NCBI GenBank assembly: GCA_051362555.1
Contig: CM120640.1
Span: forward strand, 49,330,788 to 49,394,787
Source: Lingula anatina
Taxonomy: Eukaryota > Animalia > Brachiopoda
Direction: 5' to 3'
DNA length: 64,000 nucleotides
Each line of letters begins with the position of its first letter. The first letter of the stretch is position 1. The translations under genes and the position numbers were made by a program. Below, piece by piece: positions 14,790 through 29,100 of this stretch. A model generated the notes under the pieces. That model was given only the letters and a program-made list of their open reading frames with translations. It ran no database searches and was not told the DNA's origin.

Positions 14790-15240
14790 CTGGCTCTTAT
14801 CGGCATAGTTGACCGTCTTCGGCAGTGTGCAAAGTAAGGAGCGGTGTGTCCTACAACTTCTCTCAAATCTGACTCTGCCTATGTTTGACCGTTGGCAGCA
14901 TGGAGAAGTGAGATCATCCGGTGATGGGGCAGTGTGAGCATTGAGTGTCCTGCGTCGCCTTCTCTCCTCACAATCCTGGGCTAACCGTCCCTCCTGATTA
15001 CTGGGCTCCTGTGCGATTTTGTGCAAAGGGGTTTATACTGAACTGCAGCATGGTTTCTTTGCAGACTTGCTTCAGCTCACCAAAGACAATCAAGTTACGT
15101 GATATTCTGGTGCCCTCCATTCTGCTAGCTTGTCCAATCCATTTCGTTCTTCTCTGGCTCAGGACAGGGGTAATATTTGTTGTTTCTGCCAACTTTAAGA
15201 CAGAGTCCTGCAACTTGAGTCTAAGATTCTTACGTTAAAC
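14790..15240 (-). mobile_element. 3' fragment of RTE-clade LINE ORF
   Basis: VLKLAETTNITPVLSQRRTKWIGQASRMEGTRISRNLIVFGEL resembles the RTE C-terminal consensus (..RRLRWLGHVxRMxxxRxPKxxLYGEL), followed by a Cys-rich remnant. Confidence 0.8.
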
Positions 15241-18138
15241 ATCTTAAATGAAAGTCGTTGACTTCCCCTTCTCAAACTTTGAAGTTGATCCATGTCTCAG
15301 GGGTACACAGAAAGGGGAAAAAACACAGGTACCTATGTACATGTTTAATTATACTAGTAGCAGTATAATCACCAATATATTAAATAACATTACCTTTTTC
15401 TATCGTAGTTATCAGTCTTTAGTGTATCATATTGGTTTATTTCAGGGTTCGGCCTTGAATAGATCTAGAACCCACTAAACTTATTCACTGCGTCATAGAA
15501 TACATTAAACAAAGAAAGATAGTGAACAGGTTGTAGAGTCCGATTGAATTTCACTTATTATATGTTATGTTACAAATAAACAAAATCTTTATGACGAGAC
15601 CTCTATCAGTCCTTTACACATAGGCACCTCACACGCAATCCCTGCGTAGAGAATGCACAAAAGAATGCTGAAGAAACGAGAGTTAGCTGGTATAACGAAA
15701 AAATACCTGCATATTCAATTTAAAGTAAAAAAGAACCCATCTGTGCAAAATGAAGGGATTTTTGATAAACTTGGTATTTATATCAAAATCTATACGGGAT
15801 CGACCTGTTTTTTTTTCGTATGCACTTCTCTTCAGTAGTACTCTAAGCAAAATGCACATTGAAACGACAAGCCGTTTGGCAATTTAGGATTTGCTGAGGC
15901 CCATGTCATAGTATGCAACTAATTATTTGAAACCTATTTCAGTTGTCTTGTTATGGATTCAGATCTCATCTAGTCTAACAAACTGCTTTAAATCGGCAAA
16001 ACACTCTCTTATAGCCAAGCTGGCTACATCTTTTCGCGTACCTCAAATACTCGTATAACTACTTTGTAACTGCCATCCTTTGACATGTGCACATGAAATA
16101 TTAAAAACCCAAACTCTCGATGGTTTGAACAATATTTTTGGAGAACCATACATTAAATAAAACAATTTATAGAAATTTCACCCCAAGATATTTTTTCTCA
16201 TTTTTATGGGGCGCCTTCTGTTTCCATTTACCTGACCAGACCCTGTAGCATGTCGAGCGACTTCGGAGTCTTTTAAGGCCTATCGGACTGATTGGAGAGT
16301 GACTTTACACTTGCGACACTTAGTTACTCCATAAAGGTACTGTCTTGCAATGGCTGATCGCTATCCTATTTTGAACATTTCCACACATGGACGACCAATG
16401 AACTGTAATGGAGACCAAAGAAGACGGCGTGAGATATTATTTGGACACCACCTGCCACCAAGACAGAGAGGTGACCAAAACCCCTTTCAAAGAGGTGGTA
16501 ACCCCGGTATTTTTAACCATATGTTTTGCGAACTCGCCGAGGTCGAGCGCTTGTTGCTCAGCTTCAGTCCTGGCTTTATATATTTTCCTTTCTTATTACA
16601 CAAATTACACTGCATTACCCAAATCATAGTACAAAAGAAAGGTAAAAGCAGCGTTCAGTTTGTTCGTTGTAAAGCAATACTGCCAAACAGCTCCTTCTCA
16701 ACCCACATATACCCCATAATTGGGCAACTTCTGTTGCAGCATATTTCTATTTAATTATCCATTTATTTATTCATTTGTTTACCTGTTTCTTTTGCATGCA
16801 ATGAAGAATAATAACAAAAATAACATAAATCTGTGTATTAGGAAAATCAAACGATTTATACACGAAAGTGGACCCGTCGTGCATGGGCAAAGCGTGGGCC
16901 GTGGGTAGGTCAGTGAGACGAAGGTGAACCAAAGGGACTGGTCTGGAACTCCTAACAATTTACAAACATTGGCAACTTGCCCGACATATATGCTCCTGTG
17001 TGGTCAAGAAATGCAGCACCTGGGTTGTGACATCTCCTTTGAAGTTTTAAGTGTTGTTACTGTGCCCACTCACTATCTTAGTAACACTTATCCTACTGTG
17101 CAATACGTCTTGCATTACCGTTTTTTGCCAATATCATTTAAATCTCTCGCGTCTGATCTCTCACCAAGGAACTTGCAAACACCAGGGGCACTTGTATACT
17201 GAAATGACTACATGGGAAAATTCCTTTTAGTTTTGGCTTAAACGGTGATAACAACCATGATAGAGTTAAAAAAAGGATACTCCGAGAATTTCGTAGTAAT
17301 GTAAGAATTAGGCAATATTTAAAAAGCAATTTTGTTTTAGTTTAAATAATAAAGTGAGATTTGCTTTTTTTTATCCAATATACGTATATTTGGCGTATTT
17401 AGAAAAACAAATCAATGTAAAAGGGTGTGAAAATGCCTATTTAGACGAAAAGCGACATTTACTTTTGGTCAGACCAACCTGAATTTAAAAGAAAAGTAGG
17501 GCCTATAGTAAAGATCGACTAGATTATCTCGACTGAATGGAATGTATTCTGATGACATGTTTTCTACGCTACTTTAAAATTTAGGTCGATTGCGGTAATC
17601 TCTGATAACCATATTAATGTAAACAGAATTTTTTACGATAAACTGAACGTTCATCTATGCCGCATAATGACTTCCCTTAGCCTTTCTAATGAAAATTAAA
17701 CAATTTGCGTTTCAAAAATAACAGTTTCTATGTGATGTTTATGATATTTTGAATTCAACTAAATCCATAAAATCGTTTGGTATCAGGATATTGACATAAA
17801 CGAAATTACTTTTTAACGGAGATCAAACTAAGCATGCACTTGGTATGAGAAATGCCTAATTTATACGTTGGGTAAATGATTGTCGATGACATCAGAGTAA
17901 TGAATTCATAACGACTACCCAAAGTCATTTTTTTAACTGAGTTAAAACCCTTTCTCGAGGTAAAACAGACAGGTGTCGGCCTACGGAGGATTGAGGACAT
18001 ACAATGCGTTTGCGGAGAAAGAGTCAGAAAAGCACGCGGTAGATATCGCAATCAAACAGTAGAGGCAAAAGCAGTGTCGCACAGAGTTTAGCAGAAAATG
18101 GTTTTTTTCAGTTTTCAGAGACGGCGTGAGAAAGTTAA

Positions 18139-18290
18139 GCAGAGAACTTTGTAACTGCCAATATGAAGAAGATGAATTGGTAAATGAAAGTTATTTACTA
18201 CTTTTTGCAAGGCCAAAAAGTTATGCGGAGAACTTTACTGCCAATGTGAAGAAGATGAACTGGTTAATGAAAGTTATTTACTATTTTTTG
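18139..18290. repeat. Local tandem duplication, period ~87 bp
   Basis: gagaacttt..actgccaat.tgaagaagatgaa.tggt.aatgaaagttatttacta occurs twice. Confidence 0.85.
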
Positions 18291-19600
18291 CCCACTCAAG
18301 GCAAAACAGAAGACATTTCAAAATATTTTTTAAAGTAAGAATAAATTATATATGCTTCATTCCAAACGTTATATAACCAGAGTACACATTTTAGTCAAAT
18401 CTGCTTGCAACACAGCTTTCTCAAATCACAACGAAATCTGCCCAAGACGCAGCAAATGAAAAAGGTTTTATAGCATCTATGTACTAGCACGACTGATTAT
18501 AAATTCCAGCCGAATTAACAAACTCAAAACCCATATTCTGTTGTAAAAATATTGCACTTATGTTTACTAAGGATATAGACGAAGGGTAATTTGTGATACT
18601 ACACAGGCTGTATATAATACATTTATAAATACATGAATATTTTTTTGAGTGCAAAATACACGCATTTTTTTGCAGTTAGATATGTTCTCTTCGCATAAGT
18701 TTTACAATATAAAATGCTACTTCTTGTTGTCAACACAAACACGTACATGAAATGACATCAATTGACATCTAGTGACATTATATAATGACTTCGAGGGTAA
18801 TATACGGACGAAAGATACACTTCAATATGCCCTACAGTTACAAATGATAGCAAAAATAAACATATTATGGTAACCCTTATCTATATTTATGACACTTATT
18901 AACTCATAACAATGTCAGTGACATCGTAACTCATGAATACACAAACTGGCGACTTCTGCTGGCCGTGTTATCTTTGGCAGCATATAGCACATTTTCGGCA
19001 CATTTACGGAGAGAATTGCCACTTCATTTTTATAACTGTTGTCCGAAGTATTGCCAAGTAGTTTCACTGGACTGACGTGTATTCCTTTTACGCCTACATA
19101 ATGTCTGAAGGATTTGAACGCATCCTTAAGGATATAGGTAAGTAATCCATATATATGTTTTGCATATACTAGAATGTGTACAACCTGCAACTACAGTAAA
19201 AGAACGCTGCAAATGCAAAATGTAGGCCTACTTTTCGCTTGTGAAAATAGTTTCATTGGATCTTAGTTTTGGTAGTCAGAAAGTTTTCATTTATGATAGA
19301 TATAGAGAGGGACTAACAAGTCATCATCAAGACTGAGGTAATTACCTGTTCACCAAGTCTGTGAGAGTGAATAGAGCAAACAGTCAACATGTAAATCAAA
19401 TTTCTGGATCTATCATAAATGAAAACTTTCTGACGAACTCCATCGCTTATTTACTATGTAAGGTCTCGCCAATACTTCTGAAAAATCAGAGCTTAAATGC
19501 TGCAGATAAAGACTTTATGAAGTTATTTGTCTTAAAATGAATTATAAAAATCAACCGGCTGTGGATAGTCCTTCAATGGACAAGCTAAAAATGATGTCAT

Positions 19601-22600
19601 ATGCTTTCTTTAGGCTCTTTCGGTCGAAAACAAATCGAAGTGTTCGTCATTGTCAACTTATGTGACTTAATGACTGGGTGGACGATTCTGATACCAATCT
19701 TTATCGGTGCCCAGCCACACTGGGAGTGTCCAGCCTTTAACAACACCGTTCCCTGGTCGGAATGGAGCAATACCACGACAGTACCCGATTGGGACCAAGG
19801 AAATAAAAGCATGAGTCGTGTAGATGCCTGCACACCGGACAATGGCGTATGCCAAGGCATAAAATATACGTCAGAATTTACGTCGATCGTGACTGAGGTA
19901 AGATTAGCATGAAAAATAGTCATTGTAAGGTGCGACACTTACTGCTCTGTAGGACAATTTCTTAAGTAAATACCAGGGTAACGCCGTAGATAAGAGACAA
20001 TTATGACAATTGTATTGAAGAAAACGCCCCTTTGTATTTATCTTCTTAATCTACAAGGACAGAGGCGGCTAGAGATCTTTTTTATTTTATAAATTTTTTA
20101 CCTCTTTTTCATTTCTTTAAAATACAGTCATGTTGAAACGGTGAAACAGCGCCCGTAGGCCTATATGATATTTGTTGTTTTTCTTATTTCATTTTCTCCC
20201 CAATGTATCAGCTCATTAATAAAAAATCTTAACAAATTTATTTAACAAGCTTCTCATTAATCCAGAAGAGTTCATTGGCACCATACAAAAAATATCTTCA
20301 TTAGATGTATTCCTTTGTGTGATATTTTCAGTGGAATCTAGTCTGCGCCTTGGATGAAATAAGCGACATCGTCACTACAATACAAATGGCAGGGATTTTC
20401 TTTGGCGCACTTGTTATCAGTCAGCTCTCGGACGCCTTTGGTCGGAAACCTGTCTGGTTTGCTACCATGACGGTCAACTCCATTGTCGGCTTTTGCAACG
20501 CTTTTGCTCCCCGATGGGAAATATACGCCGCTATGAGGTTTTTTAATGGAATGTGTGCCGGTGGTAAGAATAGCAAAACCCGTCTTGAATGATCCATATA
20601 TAGAGGTAGATGGCTCTCAGAAACCATAAGTGCCGACATTATTTTAATTCGTGTTCCCTTGTGAAAACATCCTCAAAAAAAGTAACAGCACCAGTTGCGA
20701 CATATTTTAAACATTTTACCTTCTTTATTTATTCACTCTATATTTTGGAAAGCAATAAATATGAAGTGGCCATTATTTTCTCAGTAACGGTATCCTGTTC
20801 AAACAAAAAAAGGAATTCACTTACCCGGCTCATGATAATTTCAGGTTTACTGATCGTGAGTTACGTGTGGCCTATAGAGTTCGTTGGTGCCAAGTGGAGA
20901 GTGGTGAACGGTGCTGTGGGTTTCTGGCAGGTTGGAAACATGCTGTTGGCTCTCCTAGCTTACTTCATCCGTGACTGGAAGACGCTGGTGATGGTGACCA
21001 CCCCCATCCCTACAGTGTTAGTCTGGTTTTTGTGGAGGTGAGACATAAAACACCAATTTGAAGTCAACTGAAAACAAGTGATATTGTTTTAAAAAGCTGA
21101 TGTTTGTATATAGTTTTGTAGTTCTTGTAACATTGTTTTATTTCTATTTTTATCTTTTCTTTTTTAGTTTCAGGTGTTTATCTCTATCTAACAACGGTGG
21201 TTAGTTAAGATAAATTTTTATTTTGCATGGGCGTGTCCGACAGTCTGAAATCTCATTAGTTCGAAAGTGTTTGGTACAATGTAAGAGGGCTGATTGGGCC
21301 ACAGTTCTTGGTACGAGAGTTTGAAGGTTCAAAAGTCAAATGGTCTCAGAGTAACTTTTAGTGAATTTTTTTAATAACACTTTTCTTTATCTATGATTAC
21401 AATTTTATGATTAGGCAACTTGGGAACAAAGTTCCGGACAGTGAATCATCGTTACAACGATCTTTCAACCGGTTAGAAATGTAAGGAACACTTATGTATA
21501 ATGAGGTATTTAAAGATTTCTTCCAGAAAGTCCTCGTTGGCTGGCTATGCATGGCAAGGAGCAGGAAGCAGAGAAGGTGCTAGAACTCATAGCAAGAGTC
21601 AATAAGAAACCAACTCCAAATTTCGAAGCGTTCAGAAAATATCTGGAAGTGCGTATTTCAATGCAAGATGCCTCATTTTAGATATATCACTGAAGACAAC
21701 TAAAACCCATGTTACATACAGCCGGTTTAACAGGGGCTTAACTTTGATCCCACAAATGTTTCTCGCCAAAATATTAGTACTTTACCATGACCCAGAATTA
21801 TTGATATAACTTAAACGTCTTTAAAAAGCCGGAATATTTTTATTCATATGAGCACAAACACTAGCATTTCAAATACAGATATTTTACTTCACAATTTTCT
21901 GATTTTGTCTTTAATTATAAAGGATGAGAAAAGAAAAGGAACAACAACCGGGAAGTATAGCTACTGGGACTTGTTCCGCACTCCTCTACTCACCCGGCAC
22001 ACACTTGTCCTCATGTTTGCATGGTAGGTGTACGTGGTGGTTTTTGATGATCATACACTGTAAGTACATTGTTGTTGCTGAAGTCATCGATCATTCCTTC
22101 TGTCCAGGAGGTAATATATATTTTCTCATGAAAGATTTTAAGAAAACAATTGAATGAATTGACAAATACAGTCATCTTCATTTAAAAAAAAAAACATCGG
22201 CGCTTACTTTCTAATACGAATGAATAGTTCAAATTCTATACCATTCACAAAAGGGTAAAATAAGTATTTAACTATGGATATGTGTCACTTAATTAAACAA
22301 TTATCAAATTTTCAGGTTCGTGTATGGAGCTACGTACTACGGGTTATCGTTGAATGTAAAACACCTGCCGGGTGACATATATTTGAATGCCGTTCTCCTC
22401 TCTTCTGTAGAGGTACCAGCTCTAGCATTCGTCGTCATTTTTAGCAATAAGTAGGTGTTTTTCTTTTCTGTTTTGTCTTTGTTGTTTTTCTTTTTGTTAT
22501 TTTCTTTTTTGTTTTTGTTAATTTTCAATCGGGCGCTGGTGCTATAACTTTTCATCATTCCTGCACGTTACTTTCCCACGTTTTCTTTTACAGACTCGGC

Positions 22601-23857
22601 CGTCGTCTTACAATGTTCGTAACTATGCTTATTGGTGGACTTGCAACTTTCTCTGTCCTTTTTATTGGCCTTGCAGGTGCGTGTGCGTAACAGGCTTTCG
22701 AGGGACATTAAGGAGTAGTTTACTGCATGTTGGGTAGATAGCTGCTTCATTAACTCAATAATTGAAATAATGAGCGTCCCCGACGTATTGAGTATACAAA
22801 GACTGCCGTATCCCAAATTTCATATTAAGTCACTCTCTACTCACTAGACAGATAAATCTCTGCAATTCGCCAATGCAATAAAATGCATCAATTAAATAAG
22901 GCGATAATAAAAATATTTTAGGGAAGTTGGAAGAATTGGGCACTGTTGTGACTGTTTTGGCAATGGTTGGCAAATTAGGAGTAACATCGGCATGGAATGT
23001 AGGCTATATCTACACTGCAGAGTTATTCCCCACTGTCATTAGGTAACGTTAAAACAACCCCAAATCATATGGAATAAAGATCAAGACATGTCTCTCATGG
23101 CTACAATATGTTTAATGTAGGACTAAATACATGTAATAATACTGTATATGCTAATGAGCAGCATTAACATGTAGCTTGACTAAAATACAAAATTTCTGTT
23201 CGCTTTATCAAACCTGTTGTGATGAATAGCCTAATGGTTTCTGTGATTTCCAGGAGCATTGGATCTGGTGCAGCCTCAATGGCTGGCCGAATAGGAGGCG
23301 TAGTTGCTCCCCAGTTTACTTACTTGGTAAGTGTTTTTGGTGAACAGGAAGTTAGCATTTTCAGCAATAGAACTTGTCAGTGCTAACATGAAGGGCTGCC
23401 TTGTGATAATCCCTTTTAATTCATTCTTTCTTTCTATCATAAGGCGATATTGATCATAAGGCGTCTGTCTTGAGCTTAATACATCCTTTTATGTATATAT
23501 TTAACTTTAGGCTCGACATTTAGATGAACAGAATATTATTTCATATATTATTTTATATATTTTATTCAGGACAAGGTCTCCAAAGAACTACCATTCATTG
23601 TGTTCGGGGTCCTGGGGTTAGCTGCAGCATTTCTCGGTCTAACCTTGCCGGAGACCAAGGACCACCATCTCCCAGATAATGTCCCGGAATGGACCTGGTG
23701 CGGAAAGGGGAAAAATAAGGAAGATTCTCGGGTAGAAATTAGCATCGTTGGGCACACGCCGGGGCGGTCACAGAGTACGGTGACTTTGGTGAGAGCAGCT
23801 AGCATCGACGAGAACATGGACGTTGGATTAAGCATGGATGATGTCGTTAAGGAGTAG
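19601..23857 (+). CDS. SLC22-family (MFS) organic cation/anion transporter, 10 coding exons; N-terminus uncertain
   Basis: Exons 19601-19897, 20332-20563, 20845-21037, 21516-21648, 21923-22023, 22316-22450, 22594-22676, 22922-23042, 23254-23326, 23570-23857, all GT-AG and phase-compatible. Motifs LGSFGRKQ, TSIVTEWNLVC, LSDAFGRK, FLPESPRW, ELFPTVIR, LPETK. Confidence 0.93.
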
Positions 23858-25872
23858 CCTAATAACTTTACCTTTCAAGTTACATGATGGGTTATTTACC
23901 TCGTCTTTCTACTTGTGAAACGCTAATATAGTAACTCTGGCCTTAGAAAAACAGAAGAAAGAGGCTTCTTACAGTGATATGTAGGCCTATCAAAATATAT
24001 GAATTTCTCAATTAAAAAAAAGGAAAGACTGAAAGAAATGTAGGAAGTAAAAAAAATGAAAAAGAAAGTAAAATAATGTTGTTAGGCCTACATTTTAAGA
24101 ATTAATCGGTTCAGAATCTTATAGAGTTTGGATTTTTGGTAGGCCTACAGATTGCGTTTCATCAGGCATAGGCTATAATTTTAAACTAAAAATCATCAAC
24201 TGTTTTTAGATTGAAATAATTATAAAAAAATAATAGGTAGGCTACATATGTCTGATTATTGGGAATTATGTTGACTTTCAAGCCCTAATAAGACTCGAAA
24301 ATAGGCCTACAGTTTTGAGTCAAATTTATAGTCGCTGCATTTCTTTATGTCTTACCCACAGAGGACTACTACCCGGTATTACAGTCCTCTGTAATAGGAC
24401 AGAGGACTACTATTATTACACACTAAACAAGAGTGCACATTAGGCTATAGCACTGATCTTTATAAGCCTATTGATTTTCAATAAGAAGATGTGCACTGTG
24501 ACAATGACTTGATCCTGATCAGTTCCAGTTGGTCGTCTCAATCAATTTACCGAAAAGTGTCGCTGAAGGGTCGGAATATGGGTGAACTCTTGCTACAGAA
24601 ACCCCAGTGGATACAGTGTTATAGGTCCTTGGAGTTTTTCACCCTGCGACAGTTATCACATAGATAGGGCCTACATATTTGGAAACGTTCATTTGAAAGG
24701 GAAAAAATAGTAGGCCTAAGCCTAGGCCTAATATTCGGTTTATAACTCCCTAGTGGTCTATCGCAGAGGAGAACCAGGATCAGAGTGGGCGATGTTTGTG
24801 TTTATGAAAAAGACCTACTTATAAGTAATACTCAAATAAGCCACTAAATTAGTGTACATGCAAAATGGTCTTTTTGTGTGAATATTAGGCGTATAAGGTT
24901 GAATAACTGTAGGCTACAAGGACTACAAGTAGGGCTATGAGCTCGTGTGGCGAAGGGGAAATTAGTAGCCTACGTAGGCCCTATTGCTTACTTCACAAGC
25001 CCATTCACCCCGTTCATTTGTAAATTAATTCTACAAAGCTGTTTTTCAGTGAATAAAATCAACTTTAAGTGATTCAAAAGTTTTAATGCTTCCATGTACT
25101 GTCTGCAGACTGCTGTACCATACCTGAGCTGTTGGCAGGCAAATATATTTCACTAACTCATTTGCATAATCCAATGCCTACATATTATTGCGCCGTACAT
25201 TAAAAATACCTCCAATTTTACCTTCAGTGAAAAATACCAAATCTTGATCAGTGTGGTAACATTGGTCCTTGGGCACAAACAGAGATCATTAAGCGACTAT
25301 AACTAATGATTTTAGCTTTAAAACGTGTCAATGCTTTAGACCTATATGATATTGCGCACGTTCATAGCATTGGCGTCGTTACAAGGTTACTTGTAATGGC
25401 CGATGCCGATCGAGAAAATCTTTACTGAGGATACAACGTGTACCGTTGTTACAGCGTTTTAGATTGCCATTTTAAAGGTAAATAGGCTTTTGTAGCTTTG
25501 AAATTCAATGTTCACTACATATGGCCTTTTATGTTGGGGAGCATGGGTGAGGAAAGTAAGTATTGCAGCCAAGTTCAGGATGGGAGGGCAGGCAAGTTGC
25601 TGCCATTTTTGATATTTTTCTCCGAAGCCGAAGACAAGACAAGCGGTTTGTCACGTACACCTTTATTTGCCTCTCACCACAATGGGGCGCTCTTCTCTGA
25701 ATACCACAGTAGGTGTATCCAATAAGTTTTGTAAAATTTCACTTTCGTCTGCTCCCTTTTTGTTTGTTTCAGTGATTGGTTTCATTTGTCTTCGAACAAC
25801 TTGAGTAAGTCCCCACACGCTGTGGTTTACGCTATTTAAGTCACATGAAATATTGTATTCTTACAGTCGGCA

Positions 25873-25893
25873 TGACGTCACAAGATGGCCGCC
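25873..25893 (+). promoter_or_regulatory. Probable KDM4 promoter core: CRE abutting a YY1-type motif
   Basis: TGACGTCA (25873-80) is directly followed by CAAGATGGCCGCC; lies in a CpG-containing zone just upstream of a strong donor CAG|GTAAGA at 26152/3, after which CpG drops. Confidence 0.6.
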
Positions 25894-25894
25894 A

Positions 25895-26152
25895 CGCCCG
25901 GACTAGGGTAAAACGATCTGTAAGCTCCATTACTCCCCATGTTAAAATGATCAACTTTGATCGTCTGTATCTCTCACACCGGTAGATAATTAAACTTGAC
26001 AACTGTTTAATTATATCACCATAGGTATTTAGTGTCAGGAAATGGCCAGCAAGGACCTTTTCTAGCATTGATGCCGATTTTATCAGCGATTGAAATGCGC
26101 CTCTCTTACACTGTTATTATATGAGCTGCAGTTAGTTCCGATTGTTTTTCAG
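25895..26152 (+). other. Putative non-coding 5' exon of KDM4 (start approximate)
   Basis: Donor at 26153; matching acceptor ttttccag ends 29496, 30 nt upstream of the ATG at 29527. Confidence 0.45.
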
Positions 26153-29100
26153 GTAAGAAGTTCCAATGGCTTTGTTATCGGATGAATCTGTCCACTGACA
26201 GCGATTGAACAGAACTTACCTGGATCCTCAAACAATCATAGAGCCCTTTGAGGTGGTTTAATTGGAAGAAAGTGATCTTATCAGTTGGTGTCATTGTAGC
26301 AAATAGAACTAAAACAGATATGATCTTCACAGGTGTGGTCATTGTATTTGTCTTTGAAAAGGGGAGCTGAAAGAAAGCTCTAATGACAGTTTACTAGTCT
26401 GATTTTATTACTGAAAGTACATTTTGAAAATTTGAACAATTTTTTCTAGTAATTTTTAATACCCATGTTGCTGCAGACATGCAGAATTGAGATCATGGAC
26501 AGGAATAAAATTTTTACATACTCAATAAATAATTTAATTATTGTATTATGAAGTGTGTAAATGGCAATAATGTGCTATTGGAACAGATAACTAATACTTT
26601 TTCTTTGTGATGTTGCACACTTTCATCAAGATAGAATAGCAAGAAAGGCTATCAATGCACATACTCCAGTATATGAACTGGAAGAAACTAGCGGGTGGAG
26701 CTGTTTGCTGAGTAAAATTTATTAACCCCTGCAATTAGAAAAAACACTCAGCAATCAAATTTTTGTTATGGATTTAGTGTTTTTATCCTTTGGACACTAC
26801 TGTTATATTTGCTTAAGTTTTTTATATCATAGAAATCCTAATTCATTTTTACTGTACAAATGTTAATTCAGAATGCAACTTTACAGCATATGTCAAGGAA
26901 TTTTATAACTCCTTTCTTACATACATATATAGATAGAAATAAAATGTAAATTTAAAGTCAACAAGTTTTATTGTATCTTTCATTTTGCATTTTGTTTAAG
27001 AATTCAAAGTGATTTATGACAGTTAAATATGCATTCAATTTGGATTTTTATAGATCGTACTTTGTATTGTGATATTGAGTCCGATGTTCTAAAAATGAAA
27101 ATGAAATAACTACCTTTTAAATTTATATTATTTTCTAAAAAAAAAACATCATGAACTTCATTTAGCATCAGAGTCAAAAATGATTTGTAGATTTTGACAA
27201 CTTAAAAAGATTTAAGTGAGGCTTTCATTCAAAACTTTTTGTTTAATTGGATAATTATGGATGAATCTATTTATGAAAAATAATTTTGGCAGGCCTCTAA
27301 TGAAATTTTTTACGTTTTGTGCAGAAATTATAAAAGCTGAAAAAGTATTTTATAGTCTCTTCAAACATAATCCAGACAACAGTAGAAAAAGAAATTTTAA
27401 TGAAAAACACAGCAGTGACAAATTAAAATTCTTTTTGAAAGCACATTTATTGCATTACTTGAGACACCTGCTTTGAACACGACAGGTGAGCAATGCTACC
27501 CAAGCCCCCTTTTCTGATTATCAAATCTTTCAAACTGAGACCTCTAAAAGCAATATGAATATAACAGTTTTCTTTGTTTAGATAATGATTTTATTATACA
27601 AGAATTCTGACTGTATATTAATGAACTGGGTGCGTATAGGTCATAGTGTCCCAGTAGGAAAAATTGCTTTAAAAATAGTACACCACCATCGTTGATAAAG
27701 TCGCCACTGACGCTAGAAAATCCTTTTGATGGCCATTTCCCTGAGCTAAATACGTAAGTGAATATCAACAAACAGTTGTCACGCGTATTTGTTCACAGAT
27801 ATACTTGATACAGACGATAAAATATGCCTATATTACAGCATGCATCTGGTGTAAACTGTAATTGCAGCCCGTTGGAGGAGTGTTGGTATTATCGCTGATA
27901 AAATCACCATCAGCTCTAGAAAATCCTCCTGAGGCCCATTGACTGACGCTAAAAACCCTAGTGAATATAACCAAGTGGTTGTCACAAGTAATTGTCCTCT
28001 GGTCTGCTTGATATGAACGATCAAAGTTCACCAATTTAACATTGAGAGTAATGGGCGCAAGCCAATGTTTTACCCTAGTCCAAAATGCGAGCCTCGTTCT
28101 GGGTTCAGTAATCCGGTAACCGACTGTAAGAATACCCATAGGCTACACCTTTTCGTTATTATTTATCAGTAGATAGCACGCCTAACCATTAAATATCACT
28201 ACCCACAAGGGTACTAGAAGTCAACTAAGGAAATATTCTTCTGAAAATGGCTTTTCGTTTTGTGACATTGAGAATTTATGCTGCTATCAGATGTAAACAA
28301 TGTGGGGCACAGAGGTCAGATCACAAAACAGATGATGTCGTGACAATAAATGTGTTGCATTTGAGAGAACTAATGAAAACTAATAATGAATTTTTTCACA
28401 ATTTAGCAAATGATTGATAAACTCATTGCTTATTGTGACCAATGTGTAGCAGAGCACTCTTTATCAACATTTTGTATAGAAATTGGAATGTGATTTAAGT
28501 AGGGTCCACACATTTTTTGCCAATAATGGGTACACAGATAGACGCTTGTCTGCGTATGAATAAAACAAAATAATTTCTCAGCTATTCTATTAATCTTGAG
28601 CAAAAGATGTTCATGTTATAGTGACAACATAATTTTACCGATTTTTCAAGATGTTATTCTCAAAAATTAGTCAAAGTTTGCCCAACTAGATTTTCAACAC
28701 CTAGATATTTCCACAGTGACATAGACATGAAATTCGTCACAATAAGTCTAGCAGGTGGGCATGAACACATTTTTATTTTGCTTCTATAATATACTAAAGC
28801 AGAGAAATAGGTACATATGTTAAATAGGCAAAGTGAGATAATTTATTTTGGCAAATGTATGCAAGATCAGAAAATCAAATTTTTAATGACACAGTTTAGG
28901 TTAAAAATATACAATACTTAGAATTTGACCTCTAAGCATTGGCTAAATTGAGATGAGGGGGTGAATGACCAAGAAGAAAAAATATCCATTTTTGTCAAGA
29001 CTTTTTCCAGACTTAGTAGTTACAGGGCAAGATGGACCTTTTTTATCTTAAATTCTTCTATTTAATTTATTCTATTATTTTGTAATTTATTTAATCACTT

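Noticed and set aside
16350-16754. 134-aa ORF
   Set aside because: No recognisable motif, no splice-compatible neighbours, runs into low-complexity AT-rich DNA.
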